From Candidatus Eiseniibacteriota bacterium (GTDB lineage: Bacteria > Eisenbacteria > RBG-16-71-46 > CAZEPH01), in assembly GCA_044229145.1 (NCBI GenBank), contig JBGATO010000036.1, positions 1-36,833 of the forward strand: 36,833 nt of DNA, read 5' to 3'. The translations under genes and the position numbers were made by a program. Below, piece after piece: positions 24,931 to 36,833 of this stretch. Position 1 is the stretch's first letter, and every line of letters starts with the position of its first letter. The notes under the pieces were generated by a model. The model saw nothing but the letters and a program-made list of their open reading frames with translations, was not told the origin of the DNA and searched no databases.

Positions 24931-27357
24931 CTACTCGGCGATCACGACCCTCCGCGTCGTGTGCGTGCCGCCGGCGGTCATGCGCACCACGTAGACGCCG
25001 GCGCTCACCGCCGTGCCGTCGTGGCCGCGACCGTCCCAGCGAATCTGGTAGGTGCCCGGCGCCTGCGCGGCCGCGGCGCGCAGCGCGCGCACCTGACGGC
25101 CGGCCATGTCGAACACCGCGATCGCCGGCGCGGCGTGCGTGGCGTCGACACGGTAGGCGAGCGTGACGCCGTCACGCGACGGCGTCGGCGAGAGTACGGT
25201 CAGCGCGGCGTCGCGCATCGTGCCGCCGTCGCCCGGACGCACGCCGACCGGCACGACCTCCGGGTACGGCAGCGCGTTGACACCGCCGGCCTCGTGGTAG
25301 CGCGCCGCGAACTCCTGCAGATACAGCGCGGCGAGCGCTTCGTCGTGCAGGATCAGCGTGTTCTCGTCGTTGTCCGAGTTCGCCGCGTTCGACCAGTTGT
25401 GCGAACCGGTGACCACCACGGACGTCGCGGCGTTGTCGACGTCGCCGACCAAGTACTTGTGGTGGAGCAGGCCGCTCGAGAGGCCGTCGAGGTGCACGTC
25501 GGCCGGCGGGCTGAACGGCTGGTTCCCGCCGGTGCCGGTGAGGTCGTACCACTCCGACGATGCATCGATGCCGCTGTCGAACAACCCGCGCAGCTTGAAC
25601 GTCGAGGCGTAGGGCTTCGCCTGGAAGGCGCCGGTGTAGCCGTCCTGCGTGTAGGTCAAGATGCAGAACAACGCCGACTTCTGCAGCGCGTTGATCTCCG
25701 ACACGATCTGCGACTCGGTGCCATCCGACGGACTCATGTACTGCTCGATCGCGATGCCGTTGACCGTAAACGTGTGCGGCGTGTTGTTCGACTTCGCGCT
25801 GCCCATCTTCGCGGTGGCCGAGTTCGGCGTATCGGTCGTCGAGCCCCACATCTCGTTGAACTCGCTGGTGTAGCACTGCGACAGGCCGTAGTCCTGGATC
25901 TCGATCGAGTTCTGCGCGTCGGTGTAGAGGCCGCTGGAAGTGCAGTTCGCCGAGCCGGTCCACACCCAATCGTTGGTGTTGTTGCCGTCGCGGCCGTCCA
26001 CCACGATCACCTTGTTGTGCATGATGCCGCGCGAGTGGTTGCCGCCATAGGTCGACGTGATGCACGGGATGCCGGCGGCGGTGAGGCGGTTCATCTCGGT
26101 GCCGCTGTTGCCGGCGTCCATGATGAAGCGCACCTTGACGCCGCGGTTCCACGCGCTGATGAGCGCGTTGGTCACCGCCGGGTAGCTGAACGAGTACAGC
26201 ATCACGTCGAGCGAGTAGGTGGCCGAGTTGATGCGGTTGATCATCAGCGCGCCGAGGTCGGCGTTGCTGTTCGCCTTGACGCCGTTCAGCGCGTAGGTGG
26301 TGTCCACCGAGTGATTGAAGTAGACGTTGATGATGCCCGGCCGGTTCGACGGCGTGAGGAAGGTGATATCGGCGGTTTGCGTCGAGACGCCGAGCGAGTC
26401 GGCGGTGGTGACGCGGTAGTGATAGAACGTGTTCGGCGTCAGGCCGGTGATCGGCACGCTATGCACCGTGGTGAGCGTCGGGCTGTAGAGCGTGGTGCCG
26501 TACGCCGCGGTGGTGCCGTACTCGACCTTGCTGTCGGCGTTCTTGTCGGTGGTCCACACGATGGTCGCCGAGATCGAGTCGAGCGGCGAGGTCGATGGCC
26601 CCGTCACGATGGCTGGGCCACGGCGGATGACGTCCCACGCGAACCGCGGCACCAATTCGTAGCCGAAGTTGAACGGCACCAAGCTGTCGAACTGGCGCAG
26701 CACGCCGACGATGCTGAAGGTGTCGCCCGGTGCCGGCGTGCCGTTGACCTTGGTGTCCTTGTCGATGAACACCTGCATGCTGTTCGCGCTCACCGCGTCC
26801 TGCACGTACACCGACACGTTGGTGCCCGACACGGTGGTTGGCCAGGTGCCGCTGACGATGTGGACGTTGTTGACGCGGATCAACTGCGCTTCGTGCGGAT
26901 CGGTGTAGTTGGCCCACATGCTGCCGACCATGACCGAGTCGCAGGTCAGGATCACCGGGTCCGGCTGCGGACGCCCGGAGGCGTGCTTGGTGAAGCTGGT
27001 GATCGGGCTGATCTCGGTGAGGCCGTTGAACTGCGCGATGGTTCCGGTGATGGTGACGCTGTCCCCGAGCGACATGTGGTAGGTCGCCAAACCGCCGGAC
27101 TGGAAGACGTCGACGCCGCCGGTGGCGTCCTGGATGTGGTTGTCGGTGGCGGTGGTGCTGAAGGTCGAGTCCGGCACGGTGACCACGCCGGTGACGGTGA
27201 TCGAGGTGCCCTTGTTGAGCACATTGCCGTTGGCGTCGTTCTGGTGCAGGACGCTGATCGGCGATGCCCCGGCGAGGGCGGGGATCATGGCCGACACGGT
27301 GAGAACGGTGGCCGCGCAGCGGCGGATCGTTCGGGAGAATGGCAAGCCACGAAGCAT
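24931..27357 (-). CDS. Secreted phospholipase-D-superfamily (Nuc-like) enzyme with N-terminal OB folds, an FN3-like domain and a FlgD-Ig CTD
   Basis: AGGAGGT RBS before ATG 27357; signal peptide. OB-like IQDATGGVDVF...GDSVTITGTIAQFNGLTEI; FN3-like ATIVWTT...HSVPITGLTPNTFYHYRV; two HKD motifs MHNKVIVVD..GSAN and LHHKYLVGD..GSHN; CTD VFDMAGRQVR...WDGR...AGVYVVRM. Confidence 0.9.
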   Translation of the reverse strand: MLRGLPFSRTIRRCAATVLTVSAMIPALAGASPISVLHQNDANGNVLNKGTSITVTGVVTVPDSTFSTTATDNHIQDATGGVDVFQSGGLATYHMSLGDSVTITGTIAQFNGLTEISPITSFTKHASGRPQPDPVILTCDSVMVGSMWANYTDPHEAQLIRVNNVHIVSGTWPTTVSGTNVSVYVQDAVSANSMQVFIDKDTKVNGTPAPGDTFSIVGVLRQFDSLVPFNFGYELVPRFAWDVIRRGPAIVTGPSTSPLDSISATIVWTTDKNADSKVEYGTTAAYGTTLYSPTLTTVHSVPITGLTPNTFYHYRVTTADSLGVSTQTADITFLTPSNRPGIINVYFNHSVDTTYALNGVKANSNADLGALMINRINSATYSLDVMLYSFSYPAVTNALISAWNRGVKVRFIMDAGNSGTEMNRLTAAGIPCITSTYGGNHSRGIMHNKVIVVDGRDGNNTNDWVWTGSANCTSSGLYTDAQNSIEIQDYGLSQCYTSEFNEMWGSTTDTPNSATAKMGSAKSNNTPHTFTVNGIAIEQYMSPSDGTESQIVSEINALQKSALFCILTYTQDGYTGAFQAKPYASTFKLRGLFDSGIDASSEWYDLTGTGGNQPFSPPADVHLDGLSSGLLHHKYLVGDVDNAATSVVVTGSHNWSNAANSDNDENTLILHDEALAALYLQEFAARYHEAGGVNALPYPEVVPVGVRPGDGGTMRDAALTVLSPTPSRDGVTLAYRVDATHAAPAIAVFDMAGRQVRALRAAAAQAPGTYQIRWDGRGHDGTAVSAGVYVVRMTAGGTHTTRRVVIAE

Positions 27358-27527
27358 GCGGCGGTACCTCCTACGCGCGAGCGCTCGATGCAAACGAAGT
27401 CGAGGGGATCCGGGGCCGTCCCGGGTGGGGTTCGGGAAGCGGGCGGGCGCCGCGATGCGGCGTTCGAACCCGTTCAGTATAACGGAATTGGCCCTGCGGC
27501 GGCCACTTCGCCGCGGGTGAGTGGGGA

Positions 27528-28154
27528 CTAGCGCCGGTCCAACGCGTCGATCTTCGCCACCCGCTTTTCGTGGCGACCGCCGGCGAACGGCGTGGTGAGC
27601 CACACCGCGACCAGGCGACGGGCGGCGCCGCGGCTGACCACGCCGGAGCCCATGACCAAGATGTTCGCATTGTTGTGCTCACGCGAGTTGCGCACGGTCT
27701 TGAGATCGTGGCAGAGCGCCGCGCGGGCGCCCGGCACCTTGTTGGCGGCCATCGTCGAACCGATGCCGGCGCCGTCCAAGATGATGCCGCGTCCGGCCTT
27801 ACCGTCCGCCACCGCCTTCGCCACGGAGACCGCGATGTCGGGGTAGTCCACCGCCGCCGTCGAGTGGGTGCCGTGGTCGTCCACCGACAGGCCGAGCTCG
27901 TCCCGCAGGTAACGCACCAGCGCCTGCTTGAGGGCGAAGGCGCCGTGGTCGCCGCCGACTGCGATGCGGCGTGGGTCGCCGACTGGACGGTGGGCGAGCA
28001 CCGGCATCGACGCGGCTGCGGGCTTCGCCGTAGGTGGAGCCGGCGTGGCGGCCGGAGCCGCAGTGGGTGCCGGGACGCGGCTGGCAGCCTGGCGCATGAA
28101 CTCGCGCGCATCGGCGCGGACCGCCTCACGGATGGTGTTCCGATCGTTCGACAT
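27528..28154 (-). CDS. rpiB: Ribose-5-phosphate isomerase B family protein, DGAGIG variant, with an N-terminal extension
   Basis: IAVGGDHG, DYPD, DGAGIGS.MAANKV.G.RAA, SREHNNAN, F.GGRH..RV.KI. Start ATG 28154 fits the promoter position. Confidence 0.88.
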   Translation of the reverse strand: MSNDRNTIREAVRADAREFMRQAASRVPAPTAAPAATPAPPTAKPAAASMPVLAHRPVGDPRRIAVGGDHGAFALKQALVRYLRDELGLSVDDHGTHSTAAVDYPDIAVSVAKAVADGKAGRGIILDGAGIGSTMAANKVPGARAALCHDLKTVRNSREHNNANILVMGSGVVSRGAARRLVAVWLTTPFAGGRHEKRVAKIDALDRR

Positions 28155-28164
28155 TGGAAGGGCG

Positions 28165-28193
28165 ACGCTAGCATCGCGCGGCGCACCGGTCAA
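28165..28193 (-). promoter_or_regulatory. Sigma70-like promoter for rpiB
   Basis: On minus: TTGACC, 17 nt, TAGCGT with an extended -10 TG; ATG 10 nt downstream. Confidence 0.55.
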
Positions 28194-28246
28194 TGCGGCG
28201 GCGGTGCGTGGCAACGCGATGGCCGCCGTCGCGCGTCCTGGTCTCC

Positions 28247-28275
28247 TTGACACCCGGCGCGGCGATTCCTACGCT
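28247..28275 (+). promoter_or_regulatory. Sigma70 promoter for the lepB-sigma-ligA-HAD operon
   Basis: Perfect TTGACA (28247-28252), 17 nt, TACGCT (28270-28275); divergent from the rpiB promoter. Confidence 0.65.
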
Positions 28276-28306
28276 CGCCGGGCAAACCCCCGAGGCCTCC
28301 ATCCGC

Positions 28307-28938
28307 GTGAAACGCCGCGATCTCACCACGCTGCTCATCGAGTACGGAAAGTCGTTCGCCATCGCCCTGGGATTGGCGTTCCTCATCCGCACGTCCGTCG
28401 TCGAGGCGTATCGCATCCCGAGCGGGTCGATGGAGAACACGCTCTTGGTGGGCGATCGCTTGTTCGCCAACAAGTTCATCTTCGGGGCGCCGCTGCCGCT
28501 GACCCACCGCAAGCTGCCGGCGGTGCGCGAGCCGCGAGTCGGCGACATCGTCATCTTCCAGTATCCCGAGGACCCGGCCACCGACTTCGTGAAGCGCGTG
28601 GTCGCGGTGGCCGGCCAGGTGGTCGAGGTGCGGGCGAAGCAGATCTACGTCGACGGGCGCCATGTCGAAGACGCCCCGACAGTCATGCACGACGATCCAA
28701 CAGTGCGGCCGCCGCTCCGCGACACCCGCGACTTCTTCGGGCCGGTGAGGGTGCCGCGCGGCTGCGTGTTCGTGCTCGGCGACAACCGCGACAACTCCTA
28801 CGACAGCCGTTACTGGGGCTTTCTCGACACGCGATTGGTGCTCGGGCGTGCCGAGGTGGTGTTCTGGTCGTGGGACGACGATCCCGCCAGGCCCCTGTGG
28901 CGCCGGGTGCGCTGGGGACGGATCGGGCACGTGCTCGG

Positions 28939-28942
<4 letters not shown>
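28307..28942 (+). CDS. lepB: Signal peptidase I
   Basis: One TM segment, then IPSGSMENTLLVGD (Ser), GDIVIF, FVKRV (Lys), GDNRDNSYDSRYWG. GTG 28307 lies downstream of the promoter. Confidence 0.93.
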
Positions 28943-32362
<3,420 letters not shown>

Positions 32363-32473
32363 CATCTCGCCGAGCCACCCGCGCATCGAACGTCGTCGTG
32401 CGTCTCGAACAATTTACGTGATGGCGCTGCACGTTTGTGTCCAAAGGCCTTCCGTCCCGTTCGAGGGGCGATC

Positions 32474-32479
32474 TATACT
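32474..32479 (+). promoter_or_regulatory. Possible -10 element for the RND operon
   Basis: TATACT in a lower-GC intergenic region; -35 weak. Confidence 0.3.
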
Positions 32480-32539
32480 GCCGTCTCCAGTTTCGTCGGG
32501 CCCGAGTTCGCCCATCCCCGCATCGTGAGGAGCGTTCGC

Positions 32540-33733
32540 GTGTTGTCACTCCGAGCATCGTCATCCCGTTCGTCCGCGTTGGCGCGGATCGTCGTCGCGT
32601 CCCTCGTCGTCGCCGCGTGTGCGGCCGGCTGCGCCAAGAAGGGCGGCAAGGGAGGGCCGGGCGGCAAGGGCGGCTTCCAGATGCCGCCGACGCCGGTCGA
32701 AATCGCCGCGGTCGAAACCGCGCCGCTCGCCGACCGTTTCGAATCCGTCGGATCGCTCGAGGCCCACGATGTCGTCGACATCACGCCGCAGATCTCGGCG
32801 CCGGTGCGCGCGTTCCGCTTCAGCGAAGGCGGCCACGTGAACGCCGGCGCGGTCCTCGTCGAGTTGTTCGGCGACGACCGCAAGGCCGAACTGGACCGCG
32901 CGAACGCGCTGGTCGCGCAAGCCAAGGCCGAGCGCGATCGTGCCGAGGCGTTGCACAAGACCGACGCCGTGTCCACCGCGCAGTGGGACGCCGCCAACGC
33001 CGCGTACCAAGTCGCCGCGGCGAACGCGCAAGTCGCGCAGGTCGAATACGAGAAGACGCGCATCCGCGCTCCGTTCAGCGGTGTGGTCGGGGCGCGCCGC
33101 GTTTCGGTGGGCGCGCAAGTGTCGCCCGGCACCGTGCTGGTGCAGATGGCGCGACCGGATCTCATGAAGGTCACCTGCAACGCGCCGGAGCGCTACATCG
33201 GCCTGCTCCACGCCGGGGACGACGTGAGCGTGACCACCGCCGCGTATCCCGGCGAAACCTTCCACGGCCGCATCACCGTCGTCGAGCCGATCGTCGACAC
33301 CGAGACGCGCACCGTGCACGTGGTGGCCGAGATCCCGAATCCGAGCGGCCACCTGCGCTCCGGCATGTCGGCGAACGTTGCGGTGACGCTGGCGATGCGA
33401 CCGAACGCGCTCGTGGTGCCGGACGAAGCGATCTTCGCCGAGGGCGCGCAGACGTTCGTGTACGTCGTCGGCGACAGCGGCACGGTCGCGAAGACGGCGG
33501 TCAGCGTCGGCTCGCGTGACGATTCGCGCGCCGAGATCGTGAGCGGCCTGAGCGCCGGCCAGAAGGTCGTGAGCGCCGGCCACCAGAAGCTGTACGACGG
33601 CGCCAAGGTCATGCCGATGCCGCCGGGTGGTATGCCGGCGATGGGCGCGCCGGGCGGCGCCGCGAAGGGCGGCGCGGACGCCAAGGGCGGCGACGCGAAG
33701 GGCGACGCCAAGAAGGGCGGCGCGACCCGATGA
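32540..33733 (+). CDS. RND efflux periplasmic adaptor (MFP) lipoprotein
   Basis: GAGGAG RBS before GTG 32540; lipobox AAGC; lipoyl/hairpin pattern, IRAPFSGVVG, GRITVVEP.VD..TRT, LRSGMS, ALVVP..AI. Confidence 0.92.
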   Translation: MLSLRASSSRSSALARIVVASLVVAACAAGCAKKGGKGGPGGKGGFQMPPTPVEIAAVETAPLADRFESVGSLEAHDVVDITPQISAPVRAFRFSEGGHVNAGAVLVELFGDDRKAELDRANALVAQAKAERDRAEALHKTDAVSTAQWDAANAAYQVAAANAQVAQVEYEKTRIRAPFSGVVGARRVSVGAQVSPGTVLVQMARPDLMKVTCNAPERYIGLLHAGDDVSVTTAAYPGETFHGRITVVEPIVDTETRTVHVVAEIPNPSGHLRSGMSANVAVTLAMRPNALVVPDEAIFAEGAQTFVYVVGDSGTVAKTAVSVGSRDDSRAEIVSGLSAGQKVVSAGHQKLYDGAKVMPMPPGGMPAMGAPGGAAKGGADAKGGDAKGDAKKGGATR

Positions 33734-36700
33734 AGCTGTCCGACGTCTCCATTCAGCGGCCGGTCCTCGCGACGGTCTTCTCGCTCGCCATCCTGCTGTT
33801 CGGCGTGGTGTCGCTGAACCGCTTGCCGGTGCGCGAGTATCCCGACATCGACACGCCCGTCGTGTCGGTGACGACGTTCTACCGCGGTGCCTCGGCGCAG
33901 GTCGTCGAGACCGAAATCACCAACGTGCTCGAAGAGCAGCTGTCGACCATCGAAGGCGTGAAGCTTCTCACGTCGTCGTCGGGCGAACAGGTGTCGTCGA
34001 TCACCATCGAGTTCAACCTCGGACGCGACGTGGACAAGGCGGCGAACGACGTGCGCGACCGCGTGTCGCGCGCCCGCGGCGAACTGCCGTCGAACGCCGA
34101 AGAGCCGGTGGTGTCGAAGCAGGACGTCAACGCCCAGCCGATCGTCTGGCTCGCGCTGTCCGGCGCGCAGAAGTCGACGCTCGAACTCGCCGACTTGGGC
34201 CGCAACGTGCTCGCCGAGCGCATCCAGCGGCTCGACGGCGTCGGCGCGGTGATCATCGGCGGTGACCGCCGCTACGCGATGCGCGTGTGGCTCGACCCGG
34301 CGCGCCTCGCCGCGTACGGCTTGACGGTCACCGACGTCAACGGCGCCATCGCGCGCGAGAACTCGCGCATTCCCTCCGGCCGTGTGGAAGGCAAGGGCCG
34401 CGAGTTCTCGGTGCAGACGCAAGGCGACTTGGCGACGCCGGAGCAGTTCGGCGCCATCGCCGTGGCCGAACACGACGGCGTGCTCGTGCACTTGCGCGAC
34501 GTCGCGAAGATCGAAGTCGGCGCCGCCGACGAGCGCACCGTGGCGCGCTACAACGGCAAGCCGGCGGTCGGGCTCGGCATCGTCAAGCAGCAGAAGGCGA
34601 GCACGGTCGACGTCGCGAACAACCTCCACGACGCGCTGCCGAACTTGCGCAAGTTGTTGCCGCCCGGCGTGCAGATGGAAATCGCCTACGACTCGTCGGT
34701 GTTCATCAAGGACTCGATCGAGGATGTGGTGAAGTCGCTCGGCATCGCGTTCGCGCTGGTGTTCCTCGTCGTGTTCGTGTTCCTCGGCTCGTTCCGCGCG
34801 ACGTTCATTCCGGCGGTGGCGATCCCGGTGTCGGTCATCGGGACGTTCACGGTGACCTACTTCCTCGGCTTCTCGCTCAACATCCTCACGCTGCTGGCGA
34901 TGGTGCTGGCGATCGGGCTCGTCGTCGACGACGCGATCGTCATGCTCGAAAACATCCACCGACATATGGAGATGGGAAAGTCGCGCATGCGCGCCGCGCT
35001 CGACGGCTCGCGCGAGATCGGTTTCGCGATCATCGCGACGACGCTGACGCTGGTCGCGGTGTTCGTGCCGGTGGCGTTCCTCTCCGGCCGCATCGGGCGC
35101 TTGTTGAACGAGTTCGGGATTGCGGTGGCGGTGAGCGTGCTCATCTCAGGCTTCGTCGCGCTGACGTTGACGCCGATGCTGTGCTCGCGCTTGCTGCGTG
35201 GCTCCGCCGCGCAGTCGCACGGCGACGCGATGGCCGCGGGCGGCAACGAGGAGGACTTCGAATCGCACGGCAACGGGTGGTTCGACCGCTTCTTCAACCG
35301 TCTCGCGCACAACTACGCCGGCACGCTGCGCTTCACGATGCGGCACAAGGGACTCGTGCTGTCGTCGCTCGTCGTCGTGTTCATCGCCATCGGCGGCTTG
35401 TTCAAGATGTTGCCGAGCGAGTTGGCGCCGACCGAGGACCGCGGCCTCGTGTTCACGATCCTCTCGGCGCCCGACGGCGCGACGCTCGAGTACACCGACC
35501 GCTACATGCACCAGGCGGAGGCCATCTACGACGGTGTGCCGGAGAAGAGCGGTCTGTTCACCGCGATCGGTCTCGGCGGCAGCGGCGGCGTGACCGACGG
35601 CTTCATGTTCCTGCGGCTCAAGCCAAGCACCGAACGCAAGCGCTCGCAGCAGGAGATCGTGCAGGCGGTGTTCCCGATGATGTTCGGGATTCCGGGCGTA
35701 ATGGCCTTCCCGATCAACTTGCCGTCGCTCGGTGGCGGCTTTGGGCAGCCGGTGCAGTTCGTGTTGCAGGCCGACACCTACGAAGGCTTGCAGCAGTCGA
35801 TTCAGGCGATGCTCCCTGAGATCATGAAGCTCGGATACATCCTGAATCCCGACACCGACCTCAAGCTGAACAAGCCGCAGCTCTCGGTGGACATCGACCG
35901 CGAGCGCGCCGGAGAGCAGGGCGTGTCGGCCACCGAGATCGGCTCGACGCTCGAGACGTTGCTCGGGGGCGGCCGTGTGACGCGCTTCCAGCTTGGCGAC
36001 CACCAGTACGACGTCATCGTGCAGGTGCCGCGCACCAGTCGCGCGACGCCGGAGGTCATCGACGGCTTCTACGTGCGCGGCCAGCACGGCCTCGTGCAGT
36101 TGAGCAGCGTCGTGCACGTCAAGGAGCAGGTGTCGCCGCGCGCTCTCAACCACTTCAACCGTGAGCGCTCGGCCACCATCAGCGCGTCGCTGGCGCCGGG
36201 CGTCACCATCGGGCAGGCGCTCACCGACCTGCGCGGTATCGCCGCGCGGTCACTGCCAGCCGGCGTGCGCACCGATCTCGCCGGGCAAATGCGCGAGTTC
36301 GCCGAGTCGCAGGGCGGCTTGTGGTTCCTGTTCTTGATCGCGCTGGTGTTCATCTACCTCGTGCTCGCGGCGCAGTTCGAGAGCTTCGTCCACCCGATGA
36401 CGATCCTCTTCTCCGTGCCGCTGGCGATCTTCGGCGCATTGATTGCGTTGTTCATGTTGAAGATGTCGATCAATGTGTATTCACAGATTGGGTTGATCAT
36501 GTTGATTGGCCTCGTCACCAAGAACGCCATCTTGATCGTCGAGTATGCGAATCAACGTCGTGCACGGGGCATCGACACCGAGGAGGCCGTGGTGGGCGCC
36601 GCGCGTATCCGTCTGCGGCCGATCCTCATGACGACGCTCGCCACCATCTTCGGCATCTTGCCGATCGCGCTCGGACTCGGCGCCGGCGCCGAGTCGCGCA

Positions 36701-36828
36701 AGCCGCTCGGCGTCGCGGTGGTCGGCGGCATGGTCTTTTCGACCGCGCTGACGTTGCTCGTCGTGCCGGTGGTGTACGTGCTGCTGGCGCGGTTCTCGAA
36801 GGCGAAGCCGGTGGCGACGGTCGAATAG
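33730..36828 (+). CDS. RND efflux permease, AcrB/MdtB family
   Basis: ATGA coupling; RPV.A, LPVREYPDID.P, GLVVDDAIVMLENI, LTLTPMLCS, GLVTKNAILIVE, RLRPILMTT. Proton-relay residues intact. Confidence 0.96.
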   Translation: MKLSDVSIQRPVLATVFSLAILLFGVVSLNRLPVREYPDIDTPVVSVTTFYRGASAQVVETEITNVLEEQLSTIEGVKLLTSSSGEQVSSITIEFNLGRDVDKAANDVRDRVSRARGELPSNAEEPVVSKQDVNAQPIVWLALSGAQKSTLELADLGRNVLAERIQRLDGVGAVIIGGDRRYAMRVWLDPARLAAYGLTVTDVNGAIARENSRIPSGRVEGKGREFSVQTQGDLATPEQFGAIAVAEHDGVLVHLRDVAKIEVGAADERTVARYNGKPAVGLGIVKQQKASTVDVANNLHDALPNLRKLLPPGVQMEIAYDSSVFIKDSIEDVVKSLGIAFALVFLVVFVFLGSFRATFIPAVAIPVSVIGTFTVTYFLGFSLNILTLLAMVLAIGLVVDDAIVMLENIHRHMEMGKSRMRAALDGSREIGFAIIATTLTLVAVFVPVAFLSGRIGRLLNEFGIAVAVSVLISGFVALTLTPMLCSRLLRGSAAQSHGDAMAAGGNEEDFESHGNGWFDRFFNRLAHNYAGTLRFTMRHKGLVLSSLVVVFIAIGGLFKMLPSELAPTEDRGLVFTILSAPDGATLEYTDRYMHQAEAIYDGVPEKSGLFTAIGLGGSGGVTDGFMFLRLKPSTERKRSQQEIVQAVFPMMFGIPGVMAFPINLPSLGGGFGQPVQFVLQADTYEGLQQSIQAMLPEIMKLGYILNPDTDLKLNKPQLSVDIDRERAGEQGVSATEIGSTLETLLGGGRVTRFQLGDHQYDVIVQVPRTSRATPEVIDGFYVRGQHGLVQLSSVVHVKEQVSPRALNHFNRERSATISASLAPGVTIGQALTDLRGIAARSLPAGVRTDLAGQMREFAESQGGLWFLFLIALVFIYLVLAAQFESFVHPMTILFSVPLAIFGALIALFMLKMSINVYSQIGLIMLIGLVTKNAILIVEYANQRRARGIDTEEAVVGAARIRLRPILMTTLATIFGILPIALGLGAGAESRKPLGVAVVGGMVFSTALTLLVVPVVYVLLARFSKAKPVATVE

Positions 36829-36833
36829 CCGCT

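Noticed and set aside
22785..27531. 703-aa minus ORF (22785..24896) and 916-aa plus ORF (24781..27531)
   Set aside because: Alternative or antisense frames over puuD, YHYH and PLD; low-complexity translations.
33640..33725. Short AAGGGCGGC/GACGC repeats
   Set aside because: They encode the low-complexity G/A/K/D tail of the MFP; not a CRISPR or DNA-level repeat.

Overview
High-GC (~70% by eye) bacterial chromosomal DNA. The PorV-like barrel, FlgD-Ig/T9SS-like C-terminal domains and TWGxxK tails suggest an FCB-group candidate lineage such as Eisenbacteria, Krumholzibacteriota or Latescibacterota (inference only). Bases 1-27.4 kb are almost all secreted or outer-membrane proteins: a >1190-aa multi-Ig surface protein that the ORF track misses (1-3573, minus), a CehA/McbA PHP-like metallohydrolase, and a DUF5916-like OM protein. 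These are followed by a translationally coupled operon (TonB-dependent receptor, PorV-like barrel, NHL lipoprotein, FN3/CTD cargo, second lipoprotein), a tandem OB-fold secreted protein, two paralogues ending in TWGxLKxxxR, puuD, a YHYH protein and an OB-fold/PLD nuclease-like protein. The right part holds an atypical rpiB (Asp for the catalytic Cys, N-terminal extension), a lepB-ECF sigma-ligA-HAD operon in which ligA has an in-frame TAG, and an RND efflux pair. The best candidate for a new system is a SusD-less, PorV-coupled uptake/secretion locus, possibly for scavenging extracellular nucleic acids, that uses three kinds of C-terminal sorting signal. No rRNA, tRNA, CRISPR or mobile element was seen.
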